From assembly GCA_023205875.1 (NCBI GenBank), contig CP060756.1, forward strand, positions 620,001-684,000: 64,000 bases of DNA. The letters run 5' to 3'. Under the pieces are notes generated by a model. It had not been told where the DNA came from. It did not search any database and saw only the letters and a program-made list of their open reading frames with translations. Source of the DNA: Chloropicon primus (lineage: Eukaryota). Shown one piece after another: positions 38,972 through 49,690 of this stretch. A program made the position numbers and the translations under genes. Within the stretch, counting starts at the first letter, position 1; each line of letters starts with the position of its first letter.

Positions 38972-41900
38972 ATGAGGGTGGTTTCGACGAAGGGCAGCGT
39001 GAGCGTGGCGTCTCCCCGCCTGGGGAGGGCTTCGGCGGGAAGGGCGAGGCAGAGAGGGCCACGCGGGACCCTGCAAGGCTTGCGCCGGAAGTGCCCGGTG
39101 ACGACGTCGCGCGCGGCGAGGACGACGACGACGCGGAAGGCAGGAAGCAAGTACGAGGGGGTGGTTTGTGCGGCGAAGGGGCTTTCCAGCGCCAGGGCCG
39201 GGTGCATGAGGGGCTCGAGCGCGCGACCTCTCGCGAGTGCGGGAGGCGGGAGCATGCGGAGGAAGGTCAGGGTGAGCATCCCTATTTACGGCAAGCTCGG
39301 GGGCGGTTCCGGGCGCACGGAGTCCCAAAAGTTGGGTGCCGTGACGTCCCCGAACGAGAGCCTGCTGGAACAGGAGCTTCCGGAGCACCCCATGCTCCAC
39401 AGGGGGATCCTGAAGAGCAACGGCCTGAGGTACGTGGTCCTGCCGAACAAGGTGCCCCCGCAGAGGTTCGAGGCCCACCTTGAGATCCACGTGGGCAGCG
39501 TGGACGAGAACGAGAGGCAGCAGGGCCTGGCTCACCTCGTGGAGCACGTGACTTTCCTCGGCTCGAGGAAGAGGGAGAGCCTCCTGGGGACGGGGACGCG
39601 CTCCAACGCTTACACGGACTTCCACCACACGGTGTTCCACGTGCACGCCCCGAACACGAACTCCACGAACGGCAAAGCGATGCTGCCGCAAGTCCTTTCT
39701 GCCCTGAGGGAGATCGCGTTCGAGCCGGACCTCCTCCCCTCGAGGCTGGAGAAGGAGAGGAGGGCCGTCCTGGCTGAGATGCAGATGATGAACACGATCG
39801 ACTACAGGGTCGACGTCCAGCTCCTGACTTACTTGCACGAGGAGAACGCCCTGGGCTGCAGGTTCCCCATCGGTCTCGAGGAACAGATCAAGCAGTGGAC
39901 CAGGGAGGACCTGATCGAGTTTCACGACAAGTGGTACTTTCCAGCGAACGCGACCTTGTACGTTGTCGGGGACTTCAGCTCCACGGAGGAGGTGGAGAGG
40001 CTGATCGAGGAGAAGTTCAGCGATATTCCACCCAAGATGGTCGGCGAGCAAGCTGCTGTCCCGGCCTCCAGGCACCAGGTGAGGCCGCCCGTGAGGCACG
40101 CTTACGGCAACCTCGACAAGGACGCCAAAGCCTACTTCATGAACGACGCGGAGGGGGAAGGCCTCAGCATCACTTCCCCGAATACTGTGAAGCCCTCGAT
40201 CTTCAGGCACCCGCTCCTGCACGAGTTCAGCATCAACATGTTCTGCAAGCTGCCCGTGATGCGGGTGAGGAACTTGAACGACCTGAAGAGGTCCTTCATC
40301 GGAAGAATCGTCCTGAGCGTCCTCAAGTTTAGGTTGAACTCGCACTTCGCGAGTGACGAGGAGTTGAAGATCACGTCTTTCGACCTCGATTTCAGTGACA
40401 GCGGCAGGGAGGGCTGCACGGTCACGACTTTGACCGTGACGGCAGAGCCGCAGCACTGGAAGGAAGCAGTCCAGCTGGCTGTGAACGAGGTGAGGAGGAT
40501 GAAGGAGTTTGGCATCACCAAGAGCGAGTACAAGCACTATTGCGAGGCGCTCTTGAGGGACTCCAGGCAGCTCAGCGAGCAGGCGGGCACCGTGCCGAGC
40601 ATAGACAACCTCGACTTTGTCATGGAAAGCGATGCCTTGGGGCACGTCGTCATGGACCAAAAGCAGTCCCACGAGGCCCTGGAATCTGTTGTCGATTCCA
40701 TTGAGTTGGAGGAGGTGAATTCGTACGCCAGGAGCATCCTGTCTTACATTTCTGACTTTGGGAATGAGGAGGAGATGATGGCGGCAGAGGACAAGGACTT
40801 GTTTGCCGAGGACATGGGACCGACCAAGGCCACGAGTATTGTCACTTGCATTCCCGCCTACGTGGACAAGGATGGGGGCAGCATCGCGAGTGGGCAGAGC
40901 CACCAGAGGGGGCAGAATTCGATGGGGCAAATGGACCACGAGGAGCTCGAGGCGATCCTCGAACAAGGCGGAGACATTCCTGTTCCGGACGAGGAGTCGA
41001 AGATCGACATCCCGGAAAACGCGGTGGAGTTCAACCTTGATGCGGACGAGATCGCCTCTGCGATCTCTGAGGTGAGGTCCATGCCCCTGGAGCCTGTGGA
41101 GGATTTCGAGGTCCCTGACAACCTCATCTCGGACGAGGAGCTGGATGGCCTGGTGCAAAACGTCCAGCCGACCTTTGTCCCGCTGCAGGGCCAGCAGCAC
41201 GTGAACAGCTCCCCAGATCCGATCACGGGTATTGTGCAGAAGAAGCTCTCTAACGGGGTGGCTGTAAATTACTGCAAGACGGACAATGAGCCACAGGCCG
41301 CCATGATTCGGGTTGTAGCGTCGGGCGGCAGAGGGGTCGAGAAAGCCATGGCTGCTTCCAGTGGCCTGGGCGCAGTTGCTTTGGGGACTCGAGCTCTCAG
41401 TGAAGTTGGGGCAATCGGGAAGTGGGAAAGGCAGCAGGTAGAGCTGTTCTGTGTCAGCAACTTGATACACTTTGTCCTCGAAACGACGGAGGAGTTTGTT
41501 GTGCTGGATTTCCATTTTGCGAGCACGGGGGGAGGCATCAGAGCTGTGATGGAAATGATTCATCTCCTGCTGCAGTCGCCGCGATGGGACGAGGCGAGCT
41601 TGACGAGGGCGAAGCAGGCCTACCGCGCTCACTACTCGAGCTTGGGGAAATCGCTGGAGAGGGCCACGCTGAATAACGCGCTGACTGCTATGGTCGGAAA
41701 GGGCTGCTGCTTCCTTGACCCGGTTCCCGAGGAGCTCGACGCTGTCACCCTGGAGGGTGCGGCAGAGGTGCTGATGGCGCAGCTCGTTTCTGAAAATTTG
41801 GAGGTCAACGTGGTGGGGGACTTTGATCAGGGGGAGCTGGATGACACCATTCTCAAGCTGCTCGGTACCTTGCCCAGGCAGTCTGTCGATTGGAGCAAGT

Positions 41901-42733
41901 GGGTGGACCACAACATAGATTTCGTCAGGGGTAGTTTGGAGGCGAACAACACCAAGTTCCTTCTCGCGGACAGTGACGAGAGGGCTTGCGCCTATGTCAT
42001 CGGTCCAGCGCCTTACAGGTGGCAGGACATCAGCGGGAGTGACGGGGGGGACAGCTCCTCCCCTTCGGGAGAGGGTCTGTTGGACTTTTTGTCCTCGAGC
42101 CCAGAGGAGAGACAGGAGCACCCCCTCTTCATGAGCGTTTCCCTGTCTCTCATGGCGGAGATCATCAACAGCAGGCTGTTCACCACCGTGAGGGACTCCC
42201 TTGGCCTGACCTACGACGTCTCGTTCGAGCTGCAGCTTCTCGACAGGATGAAGAAGTCCTGGTTCAGCGTGTCGGTCACGAGCACGCCCGCGAAGATTGA
42301 CGATGCCCTCGACGCCTCCTTGCACGTGCTCAGAGAGCTGACGTCCAGGAGGGTGAGTCAGCAGGAGCTGGAAAGGGCGAGGAGAACCTTGCTCGCGAGG
42401 CACGAGACCGATCTTAAGGATAACTCGTACCTGATTGGCCTCCTTACCCACTTGCAGTGCGACACCGTCCCAAGGAAAGACATCAAGTGCCTCCAGGAGC
42501 TCACCTCCGTGTACAACGCCGCGACGGTCTCTGACATTTACGAGGCGTACAACAGGCTGGGGCTCTCCGACCAGGAGATTTACACCTGCACCGGAGTCAG
42601 CGGCGAGAGCCTCGAGGAGGGCGATCCCGAAAAGCAGAAGCAGCTCGAAGCAGCAGCGGCGATCGCCCAAGCTTCCCAGAATGGCAACCTCTTCGAAGCC
42701 ATACGGATAGCTCTGGAGAACGGCATGAATTAG
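38972..42733 (+). CDS. SPP: Chloroplast stromal processing peptidase (M16 metallopeptidase)
   Basis: Transit peptide, RFEAHLEIHVGSVDE, inverted zinc motif HLVEH, SNAYTDFHHTVF, RFPIGLEEQI, INSRLFTTVRDSLGLTYDV. Confidence 0.93.
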   Translation: MRVVSTKGSVSVASPRLGRASAGRARQRGPRGTLQGLRRKCPVTTSRAARTTTTRKAGSKYEGVVCAAKGLSSARAGCMRGSSARPLASAGGGSMRRKVRVSIPIYGKLGGGSGRTESQKLGAVTSPNESLLEQELPEHPMLHRGILKSNGLRYVVLPNKVPPQRFEAHLEIHVGSVDENERQQGLAHLVEHVTFLGSRKRESLLGTGTRSNAYTDFHHTVFHVHAPNTNSTNGKAMLPQVLSALREIAFEPDLLPSRLEKERRAVLAEMQMMNTIDYRVDVQLLTYLHEENALGCRFPIGLEEQIKQWTREDLIEFHDKWYFPANATLYVVGDFSSTEEVERLIEEKFSDIPPKMVGEQAAVPASRHQVRPPVRHAYGNLDKDAKAYFMNDAEGEGLSITSPNTVKPSIFRHPLLHEFSINMFCKLPVMRVRNLNDLKRSFIGRIVLSVLKFRLNSHFASDEELKITSFDLDFSDSGREGCTVTTLTVTAEPQHWKEAVQLAVNEVRRMKEFGITKSEYKHYCEALLRDSRQLSEQAGTVPSIDNLDFVMESDALGHVVMDQKQSHEALESVVDSIELEEVNSYARSILSYISDFGNEEEMMAAEDKDLFAEDMGPTKATSIVTCIPAYVDKDGGSIASGQSHQRGQNSMGQMDHEELEAILEQGGDIPVPDEESKIDIPENAVEFNLDADEIASAISEVRSMPLEPVEDFEVPDNLISDEELDGLVQNVQPTFVPLQGQQHVNSSPDPITGIVQKKLSNGVAVNYCKTDNEPQAAMIRVVASGGRGVEKAMAASSGLGAVALGTRALSEVGAIGKWERQQVELFCVSNLIHFVLETTEEFVVLDFHFASTGGGIRAVMEMIHLLLQSPRWDEASLTRAKQAYRAHYSSLGKSLERATLNNALTAMVGKGCCFLDPVPEELDAVTLEGAAEVLMAQLVSENLEVNVVGDFDQGELDDTILKLLGTLPRQSVDWSKWVDHNIDFVRGSLEANNTKFLLADSDERACAYVIGPAPYRWQDISGSDGGDSSSPSGEGLLDFLSSSPEERQEHPLFMSVSLSLMAEIINSRLFTTVRDSLGLTYDVSFELQLLDRMKKSWFSVSVTSTPAKIDDALDASLHVLRELTSRRVSQQELERARRTLLARHETDLKDNSYLIGLLTHLQCDTVPRKDIKCLQELTSVYNAATVSDIYEAYNRLGLSDQEIYTCTGVSGESLEEGDPEKQKQLEAAAAIAQASQNGNLFEAIRIALENGMN

Positions 42734-42787
42734 ACCACCACCACATCGTTTGATTCCCTAATCGATCCATAAAAACCAACCGACAAT

Positions 42788-43456
42788 TTGTTTGTATCTA
42801 CAGCATTACTTGCACCCACGGAGACCGAGACAACCAAGGCCCTCCCTTCCTCTCTCCTCTGGAGCCAGCCAGAATCCAGCAGAGATCAGATCAGGCTGGA
42901 GATGGACTCCTCGCCCTTCTGCCGCGTGGTGACCAGCGAAGAGTGCACGGACGTGGAGCACAAGAACTGCAACTGCTTCCGGTCGCCGGCGGCGATCCTT
43001 TACAGCCAAGACCTCCTGGAGCTCAAGCACCAGAGCTCCCTGTGCGAGTTCGCGCGCCGAGGAGACGTCCAAGGTGTGCGAGGATTCCTGAAGAAGGGTC
43101 GCTTGGAAGTGGACTCGTGTAACGTCTGCGGGTACAACCCCTTGCTTTACGCTTGCAAGAACGGCAACCTCGAGGTGTGCCAGATACTCATCGAAGACTT
43201 CGGGGCGAGCTTGCGCGCGAGAACTCGCTCGCTGAGGGCCAACTGCTTGCACAGGGCCGCAGTTGGAGGGAGCGTGGAGGTGACGAGGCTCCTCCTGAGA
43301 AAGGACCCAGGACTCGCAGCGGAGGCGGACGTGGATGGGAACCTGCCCATTCACAAAGCGTCGAGCGGGGAGGTGTATTCGCTGCTGCTGGAGGCGTACC
43401 CGCAAGGCGGAAAAACAAAAAACCGTCGGGGTGAGTTGCCGAGTTGGTGTCCGTGA
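42788..43456 (+). CDS. Ankyrin-repeat protein (ANKRD39-like); likely ATG at 42902
   Basis: GYNPLLYACKNGNLEVCQILI, NCLHRAAVGGSVEVTRLLL, DGNLPIHKA. Confidence 0.8.
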   Translation: MFVSTALLAPTETETTKALPSSLLWSQPESSRDQIRLEMDSSPFCRVVTSEECTDVEHKNCNCFRSPAAILYSQDLLELKHQSSLCEFARRGDVQGVRGFLKKGRLEVDSCNVCGYNPLLYACKNGNLEVCQILIEDFGASLRARTRSLRANCLHRAAVGGSVEVTRLLLRKDPGLAAEADVDGNLPIHKASSGEVYSLLLEAYPQGGKTKNRRGELPSWCP

Positions 43457-43483
43457 GGACTTGAACTAGTGCAGGGCAGCAGC

Positions 43484-44334
43484 ATGGGGGCTGATCCGAC
43501 GCCAGCCACCCTCGCGAGGCACAAGCAGAACTGGCAGAGGAAGGTCAGGCGGTGCATTAACAAGCTGAGGGAGGGGACGGAGGGCTGGAGCGAAGCTCAG
43601 AGCGCGGGGCTTCAATCCGCGAACCGATTGGCCAACGACGTGGTGCTGCTGAAGACGCTCCTGCTTCAGGGCCAGCCCGCAACCAGGGCACTGGATGAGC
43701 TGGAGAGGGGCGGAGAGGGGGAGCTGGCTGGGCTCAGGCAGGCAGCCCTGAGCAAGCTGAAAGAGAGGGCGGCAAACGAAGCGATGGGAGTGGAAAGCGC
43801 CCTGGAGAAACTGGAGGAATCCTTGGGCGTGCTCAGAGCGGGCCAAGAGGATCTGAAGGCAGAAGACACCCTTGGCCTTGAGGAACAGGTCTCGAGGAGA
43901 CTCAAATCGCAGCAACCCGTCTACTGGACGGTGGCTCCAGCGTCTTACCTTAAGAAAGTGGAGAGCGTGATTTGCTGCTACGAGAAGGAGTACGAAGCAA
44001 AGTCTGCCGTCCTTTCCTTCTTCCAGCAGATTGCAAAGGACTTGCAGGGCGACAACTTTGTTCCGAACCAAGAGCTCGAGAGCAAGATGAAAGTTCAACT
44101 GGTGGTGTGGATGCTCGAGCCCGAGCTCAACTTTGAGAGGTAAGACGAGGACACGAGTCGTTCGATCGTGCGTGCGGTGCGGCGTGCTCGCCGGGGAGCG
44201 CGAGGGAGTGGGACTGCGAGAACTGACAATCAGATCACTGCTTATTCACTTATTGCTCGGACACGAAATCACAAAGCATGCAAGACCTGGAGGACCTCTA
44301 CGAGATCGAGAAGAAGCTGTGCACCAAGTACTGA
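43484..44334 (+). CDS. Coiled-coil protein, possibly C1orf109/CK2S-like; probable intron from 44140 (GTAAGA), last exon uncertain
   Basis: Open helical ORF with W-S-E-A-Q..ANRLAN near the N-terminus and LVVWMLEPEL near the C-terminus; candidate last exon SMQDLEDLYEIEKKLCTKY*. Confidence 0.5.
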
Positions 44335-44341
44335 TGCCACT

Positions 44342-45451
44342 CTAGGGGAAGACAGACTCGTCCAGCAGCAGCTTGCACGTCTGGTGCAACCGGATCTCCC
44401 TTTGGGGAATCACACTGTCCCCGGACTCCTCCAGGGGGATGAACCACGTCGCGTGGCACTCCCTGGTGTGGGCTTCCACGAATATGCCGTCCTTGTCTCT
44501 GTCATCCAAGGGCCAGGGATGCGCCCACCAAACGTTAGGATACAACATCTTACTCTTCTGTACAATAACAAACTGCGGGCTCCCGCAAAGGGAAGAAAAC
44601 AATTCAAAAGAGAAGGGCAAAAGGTTTCTCTTTGCGTGTCAGTGTAATGTAATGCGGATGCGGGTGTGGTGTGATAGAGATGTGCCGCTAGCACGAGCCG
44701 GTCCACTTACCGCAAACTTGGCCGTTGCCGTCAAGTGCTGCCCCCTCACGAACTGGAGAGCAGAGGACAAATTCGAGGGCCCCATGAAGGCGTCTTTGAT
44801 CTCAATCATCCCGAACTTGGACTCCCCGTGGTTGAGCATGACGTGCTCGTCCACCTCGGCTCTCCCGCCCAAGACCTCGTCCCTCAAGCCAGAAATCTTC
44901 GACTCGAGAGCCAACAGGACGTCCTCGGGCAACTCGCGCCGATCGCTTCCGTCGCCCGCAGCAGGACTCTGTGCAGCCCCCAGATCCTCTCCCTCGAACG
45001 TCTCCGCGTGTTCCTGGAACTCCAATAGGTCCTCGCACTCGTCCATGGACTCTTTTATCTCCTCGTTGTTCTCCTCGATGAGAAGAGCGCGTTCGAGCTG
45101 CACCAGCGCTTCCGAGTAGTGACCGAGTGACTTCAGGCACTCGGCCCTCCGGAAGAGGGCCTTGACGTTTCTCTTGTCTATGGCGAGGGCAAGCTTGCAG
45201 TGCTCGATGGCGCTGAGCGGGTCCCCGAGCTTGATGAAGACCGCAGCGGCATTCGTGTGCAGCTTGCACGCGAGGTCGTTCGCCTCCCTCGTCACCACGG
45301 GGTTTCCCCCGTCCTGCAAGAGGTTCAACGCCAGAAGATACGACCCCTTCGCCCTCTCGTACTCCCCGGCGGAGAAGTGCTTGTTCCCAGCATCCTTCTC
45401 GGCCACCGCCGCCACGTACTCCTCCTCATGCCGTGACTCTTCCACCGTCAT
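44342..45451 (-). CDS. TPR-repeat protein; 2 exons (44711-45451, 44342-44572)
   Basis: KDAGNKHFSAGEYERAKGSY, LHTNAAAVFIKLG..AIEHCKLALAIDKRNVKALFRRA; GTAAGT...CAG intron in frame. Confidence 0.8.
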
Positions 45452-45708
45452 CTCCTCGTCCTCCCGCTCCCCCAAACCAAACCAGAAAAGAAAAAAAAAA
45501 ACGCACTCGGCACGTCACTTCCCTCCACCGAGGGGGGCCAAGCGAAACACGAACACGCCCCGCTTCCAACCGTCACCCCCGATGCCCGTCCTCCTCCTCG
45601 TCCTCGTCCTCGTCCTCGTCCGCCGTCAACCGTTACGCCTCCGTCAACCGTTACGACCCCTTTCCCGCCAAAATTAGCCGGTCTTGTCACTCACAGCCAT
45701 GGCGCACG

Positions 45709-47427
45709 ATGGCGCGGAGGAGGGCGGAGGCGTTAGCGGAGGAGGAGGAGGAGGAGGATGGGCGCCGAGGGAGGGAGGGGGCGAACCTGATGACAGGGCG
45801 ACGTCCGACCAGGGCGGAGGGGTGCGTCGCCGGAACGCGGGGGCGGGAAGGAGGAAGGAGGAGGAGGAGGAGGAGGAGAGATTATCATGATGTTGATGTT
45901 GATGTTGTTGATGGTGGTGGTGGAGAAGTTTCAGACGCCTCGTCCTCGTCCCTGGCCAAGGTGGCGTGGTTGGCGCTGGGATCACGGATCGCGACGACGC
46001 TCCTGACCTTCCTGTTCGACTACCTCGTGCGGGACTTGGACTCCAGCGCCCAGCTCGAGTGGCAGGAGTGCTACGGGGATGGGAGGAGCACGGCGGGGAC
46101 CACTTGGCTGGACGGGCTGTTCGGGGGGCACGGGGGAGGGGGTTCGCGGCCCCGTGGATCAGCCTTCGCCGCTGCTTTGGGGAGCTCGGTGGTCTGGGAC
46201 GGGGTACACTTCGTGCGGGTCTGCCAGTGCGGTTACGAGTTCGACCACCAGATAGCGTTCCTTCCCTCTTGGCCTCTCCTGATGGCAACGTTCCGGAGTG
46301 CAGTGCTGGAGCCAGCCCTCCGAACTGTCGGTCGGGGCGACGCCCTAGATCGGGCTCTGGGCTGCGCCCTGAGTGGGCTGCTCCTTTCGAACTTGCTCTT
46401 CGTAGCGTCAGCGGTGTCGCTTCACAGGCTGGCGGTGAAGCTGGGGCTCGGGCCTTCCCTCGCCGCGACTGCTTGCGCGCTGTACGCCTTCAACCCAGCC
46501 ACGGTGTTCTACTCGTCGATCTACACGGAGAGCTTGTACAACTTCCTCCACTTCGAGTCCATGGTGCACCTCTTCGAGGAGAAGGAGAGTCTCTTGGGGG
46601 TCTTGGTGTCCACTGGGCTGCTGACCGTGGCAACCTCCGTGCGCTCCAACGGAATTTTGAGCTGTGCCCTCGTCGCAGCGGTGAGGATGAGGACGACCCT
46701 GCGGTGCCTCGTTCGCAGGTTCTGGGATTGCGGGGGCAGGGGGTCTGTCGTGGTCGAGGGGGGGCACTCGTGGCTCGTTCGCTTGGCGGGGCAGGGGCTC
46801 CTGGCAGGCGTTCAGTGCCTAGCGATCGTGTCTCCATTCTACGTGTATCAAATTTCCTTCCAGCTCGGCTGGTGCCAAGCTTACAAGGACGAAATCGGGG
46901 GCGGACTGTCGCAACAAGCGCTGGAGGGAGAGCTGGACGCCATGGGCGCGGGGTGGTGCAAGGGAAACCCGTACGTTCCGAAAGTGTACAGCTCGATCCA
47001 ATCGTCGTACTGGGACGTTGGCCTGCTCAAGTTCTACAGGCTCTCGCAGGTCCCCAACTTCATCATGGCTTTGCCCATCTGGGCCTGCACCCTGTTTGAG
47101 CTCCGCGAGTCCTTGGGCTGGCTTCTTTTGGACACGCCTTGGGCCGACTTGCCCCGCGCCCTCGTGACGCTGTTGGGTGACAGGCAGGCCTTCGGGCAGG
47201 TGGCCCTGTGCCTCCATTGGATGCTGATGCTTCTGGTGAGCGTGCTCATCATGAATGTCCAGGTGAGCACCAGGTTCCTGTCCACGTGCTCCCCCCTCTA
47301 TCTCGTGACCGCTCGCCTCACGCAAGACAAAGGGAAAAGGACAAAAGTGCGTTGGATTCTCAACTTCTTCGCCACCTACGGAATCCTGGGCTGCATTCTC
47401 TTCCCTAACTTTTACCCTTTCGTGTAA
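45709..47427 (+). CDS. PIGV: GPI mannosyltransferase 2 (PIG-V/GPI18); start uncertain
   Basis: VWDGVHF..YEFDHQIAFLP, FNPATVFYSSIYTESL, RSNG, YSSIQSSYWDVGLLKFY..QVPNF, VQVSTRF; many TM segments. Confidence 0.9.
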   Translation: MARRRAEALAEEEEEEDGRRGREGANLMTGRRPTRAEGCVAGTRGREGGRRRRRRRRDYHDVDVDVVDGGGGEVSDASSSSLAKVAWLALGSRIATTLLTFLFDYLVRDLDSSAQLEWQECYGDGRSTAGTTWLDGLFGGHGGGGSRPRGSAFAAALGSSVVWDGVHFVRVCQCGYEFDHQIAFLPSWPLLMATFRSAVLEPALRTVGRGDALDRALGCALSGLLLSNLLFVASAVSLHRLAVKLGLGPSLAATACALYAFNPATVFYSSIYTESLYNFLHFESMVHLFEEKESLLGVLVSTGLLTVATSVRSNGILSCALVAAVRMRTTLRCLVRRFWDCGGRGSVVVEGGHSWLVRLAGQGLLAGVQCLAIVSPFYVYQISFQLGWCQAYKDEIGGGLSQQALEGELDAMGAGWCKGNPYVPKVYSSIQSSYWDVGLLKFYRLSQVPNFIMALPIWACTLFELRESLGWLLLDTPWADLPRALVTLLGDRQAFGQVALCLHWMLMLLVSVLIMNVQVSTRFLSTCSPLYLVTARLTQDKGKRTKVRWILNFFATYGILGCILFPNFYPFV

Positions 47428-47540
47428 CATTGTAACAACAGCAAGCAGCAAGCAACACAAGTGCGATGTAACAATCATGTCATGCACCTCCCCCCTCCCC
47501 TTGGCCCAGCCTCCCCTTTGGTCTTGTTGGTTGATTGAGG

Positions 47541-48731
47541 ATGGAGGAGATGATGGCGCCGCCCGTGGGCGAAGTGCAGAGCTTGAGCTCGCTGATAGGG
47601 GAGGGTGCGGTGGAGGGGGAAGGGGATGCGCCGGCCGCCCCGGTGAAGACCAAGAAGGAGCTTTACGAGGAAAGAATCAAGGAATTCGAACGCGCTTTGA
47701 GTGCGAAAGTGATCGATGTGAAAGGGTTAAGAAAGCTGGCCATGGGGGGGATCCCTGAGGCGAAGCCTGGGGACGCCTTCTCCCTGAGGGCGAGGACGTG
47801 GAAGATTCTTTTGGGTCACTTGCCCAAGGACACGAGCGATTGGGGCGAGGTGCAGGCGAAGAAGAGGAAGCAGTACGCTGAGTTTTGCGAGGAGTTCCTC
47901 CTCGACCCCACCAAGGTGACCGCCTCGGCCGACAACGACGGGGATGCCCTGGCACGAAACAGGGAGGGCTCCCTCTCCACGAGCCAGGTTGACGACGATC
48001 CCCTCAGCACAAAATCAGACAGTGTCTGGAACAAGTACTTCGCGGACAACGAGGTCAAGGACCAGATAGCGAGGGACGTGGCCAGGACTCACCCCGACAT
48101 ACACTTCTTCAACAACCAGGACGGGAGCAGCCTGGAGCACAAGCAGTGCATGAAGAGGACGCTTTTCGTCTTCGCCAAGCTCAACCCGGGGCTTGCGTAC
48201 GTCCAGGGCATGAATGAGCTCCATGCTCCTTTGCTGTGGACGTTCAAGACAGACCCGGATAAAGCCGAGAGCGAGCACGCGGAGGCCGATGCCTTCTTTT
48301 GCTTCATGGAGATCATGAGCGAGTTCCGGGACCACTTCTGCAAGCAGCTCGACAACTCCTCTTCTGGGATAAGGGCCACGATGACGAGGCTTCTCGAGTA
48401 CCTGCAGATCTGCGATTGGGAGTTGTGGGACCACTTGGTGAACAGGATGAACATTGACCCTCAGTACTTTGCCTTCCGGTGGATTACCCTGATGTGCTCC
48501 CAGGAGTTCCACTTTCCGGACCTGATACGGTTGTGGGACACCTTTTTGGCCGATCCCAAGGGGAGGCTGGAGTCCCTCCTTCGATTCTGCGTCGCTATGC
48601 TGGTCTCGGCCAGGGACATGCTCCTGGCGGGAGACTTTGCCTCCAACTTGAAGCTGTTGCAGAGCTACCCGCCCACGGATGTGAACATATTGCTCAACAA
48701 GGCGGAGCAGCTGCAGTCGGAACTGAGCTGA
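47541..48731 (+). CDS. TBC-domain Rab GTPase-activating protein (TBC1D13-like)
   Basis: LRARTWKILLG, IARDVART (IxxDxxR), YVQGMNE, EADAFFCF, PQYFAFRWITL..QEF..IRLWD. Confidence 0.9.
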   Translation: MEEMMAPPVGEVQSLSSLIGEGAVEGEGDAPAAPVKTKKELYEERIKEFERALSAKVIDVKGLRKLAMGGIPEAKPGDAFSLRARTWKILLGHLPKDTSDWGEVQAKKRKQYAEFCEEFLLDPTKVTASADNDGDALARNREGSLSTSQVDDDPLSTKSDSVWNKYFADNEVKDQIARDVARTHPDIHFFNNQDGSSLEHKQCMKRTLFVFAKLNPGLAYVQGMNELHAPLLWTFKTDPDKAESEHAEADAFFCFMEIMSEFRDHFCKQLDNSSSGIRATMTRLLEYLQICDWELWDHLVNRMNIDPQYFAFRWITLMCSQEFHFPDLIRLWDTFLADPKGRLESLLRFCVAMLVSARDMLLAGDFASNLKLLQSYPPTDVNILLNKAEQLQSELS

Positions 48732-48907
48732 ACCAGCAAGAAACTTTGACGGTATTTATACAATAGTAATCGATCCATATTTCATAATTGTACTTGATTC
48801 TGGGCTTTATTGTACACACAAGCGAGCGGTTCGAGCCGCCTTCCGCGACGGTGCAACGGGTTTGGGCTGCCGAGGAAGCTTGCCGACCTGGGATCACCCA
48901 GCGCCAT

Positions 48908-49444
48908 CTACTTATTGTTCTCGTCGAGCTCCTTGAGGGCTCGCTCTATCCTTTCCTCAAAGGGTGTCTCGTGCGTGGTGATGCCTTTGAACTCGCTGTA
49001 CCGCCTCAGACCGTTCGGTATTCCATTAAAGTCACTGGGGGGCGGCGGCGTCTTCGGGATACCCCGACCGGCCTGTGCTTCGACAAAGTAGCTGTTCTCC
49101 TTGTCGAGGAAAACGCTCTTGTCCACTTGGAAACCTCCAGGGGTGTGCTCAGAGAAGCTCTCGTGGTCCACAAACACGTCTACCACTGCGGGACTCGGCT
49201 TTGCTACCGACAAGTCGGTGAACTCGACTTCCTTCTCCGGATCCACGACCCTCTTGCGCCCCCACTTGTCATTCTTCCACTTGACTTGGACGTCAGCCTC
49301 AGCCTTGTCCGCCTTAGTCGCCTGGCAAGCACTTTTCCCCTGAGGCACCCTCTTGGTCTCAACCGCTGCCCCTTGCGAGTTCTGAGGGGAAAAGCAAGTG
49401 CCCGCGCTCCCGCAAAGTTTCGAGGCAAGCTTTAGGAAGCCCAT
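48908..49444 (-). CDS. JASON-like protein (C-terminal motif similarity only)
   Basis: C-terminal NGIPNGLRRY...HETPFEERIERAL resembles the plant JASON family motif GIPN..KY...H.TPFE.R.E.AL; MG...C N-terminus. Confidence 0.55.
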   Translation of the reverse strand: MGFLKLASKLCGSAGTCFSPQNSQGAAVETKRVPQGKSACQATKADKAEADVQVKWKNDKWGRKRVVDPEKEVEFTDLSVAKPSPAVVDVFVDHESFSEHTPGGFQVDKSVFLDKENSYFVEAQAGRGIPKTPPPPSDFNGIPNGLRRYSEFKGITTHETPFEERIERALKELDENNK

Positions 49445-49690
49445 GGCAATCGTTCTGCCCTCTTCTTTCGACCCTCTGACCCCAAAGATTGCCGCCTTGG
49501 TTCCAGCAGCAGAGACGCCAAAGCCAAAGCCAAAAAGACTTTGAATAGAACGATTTTGGCGGGGGACAGGAGGGGAACTGGAACTGGGCCATTGCCATCA
49601 TGAGGAGGGGGACCGTGCAAGTCCATCAGTGATCGGAGTGGGCGGGATGAGAAAGATTGGTGCTCCACGGACGAGGTCTTTGGACTACAG

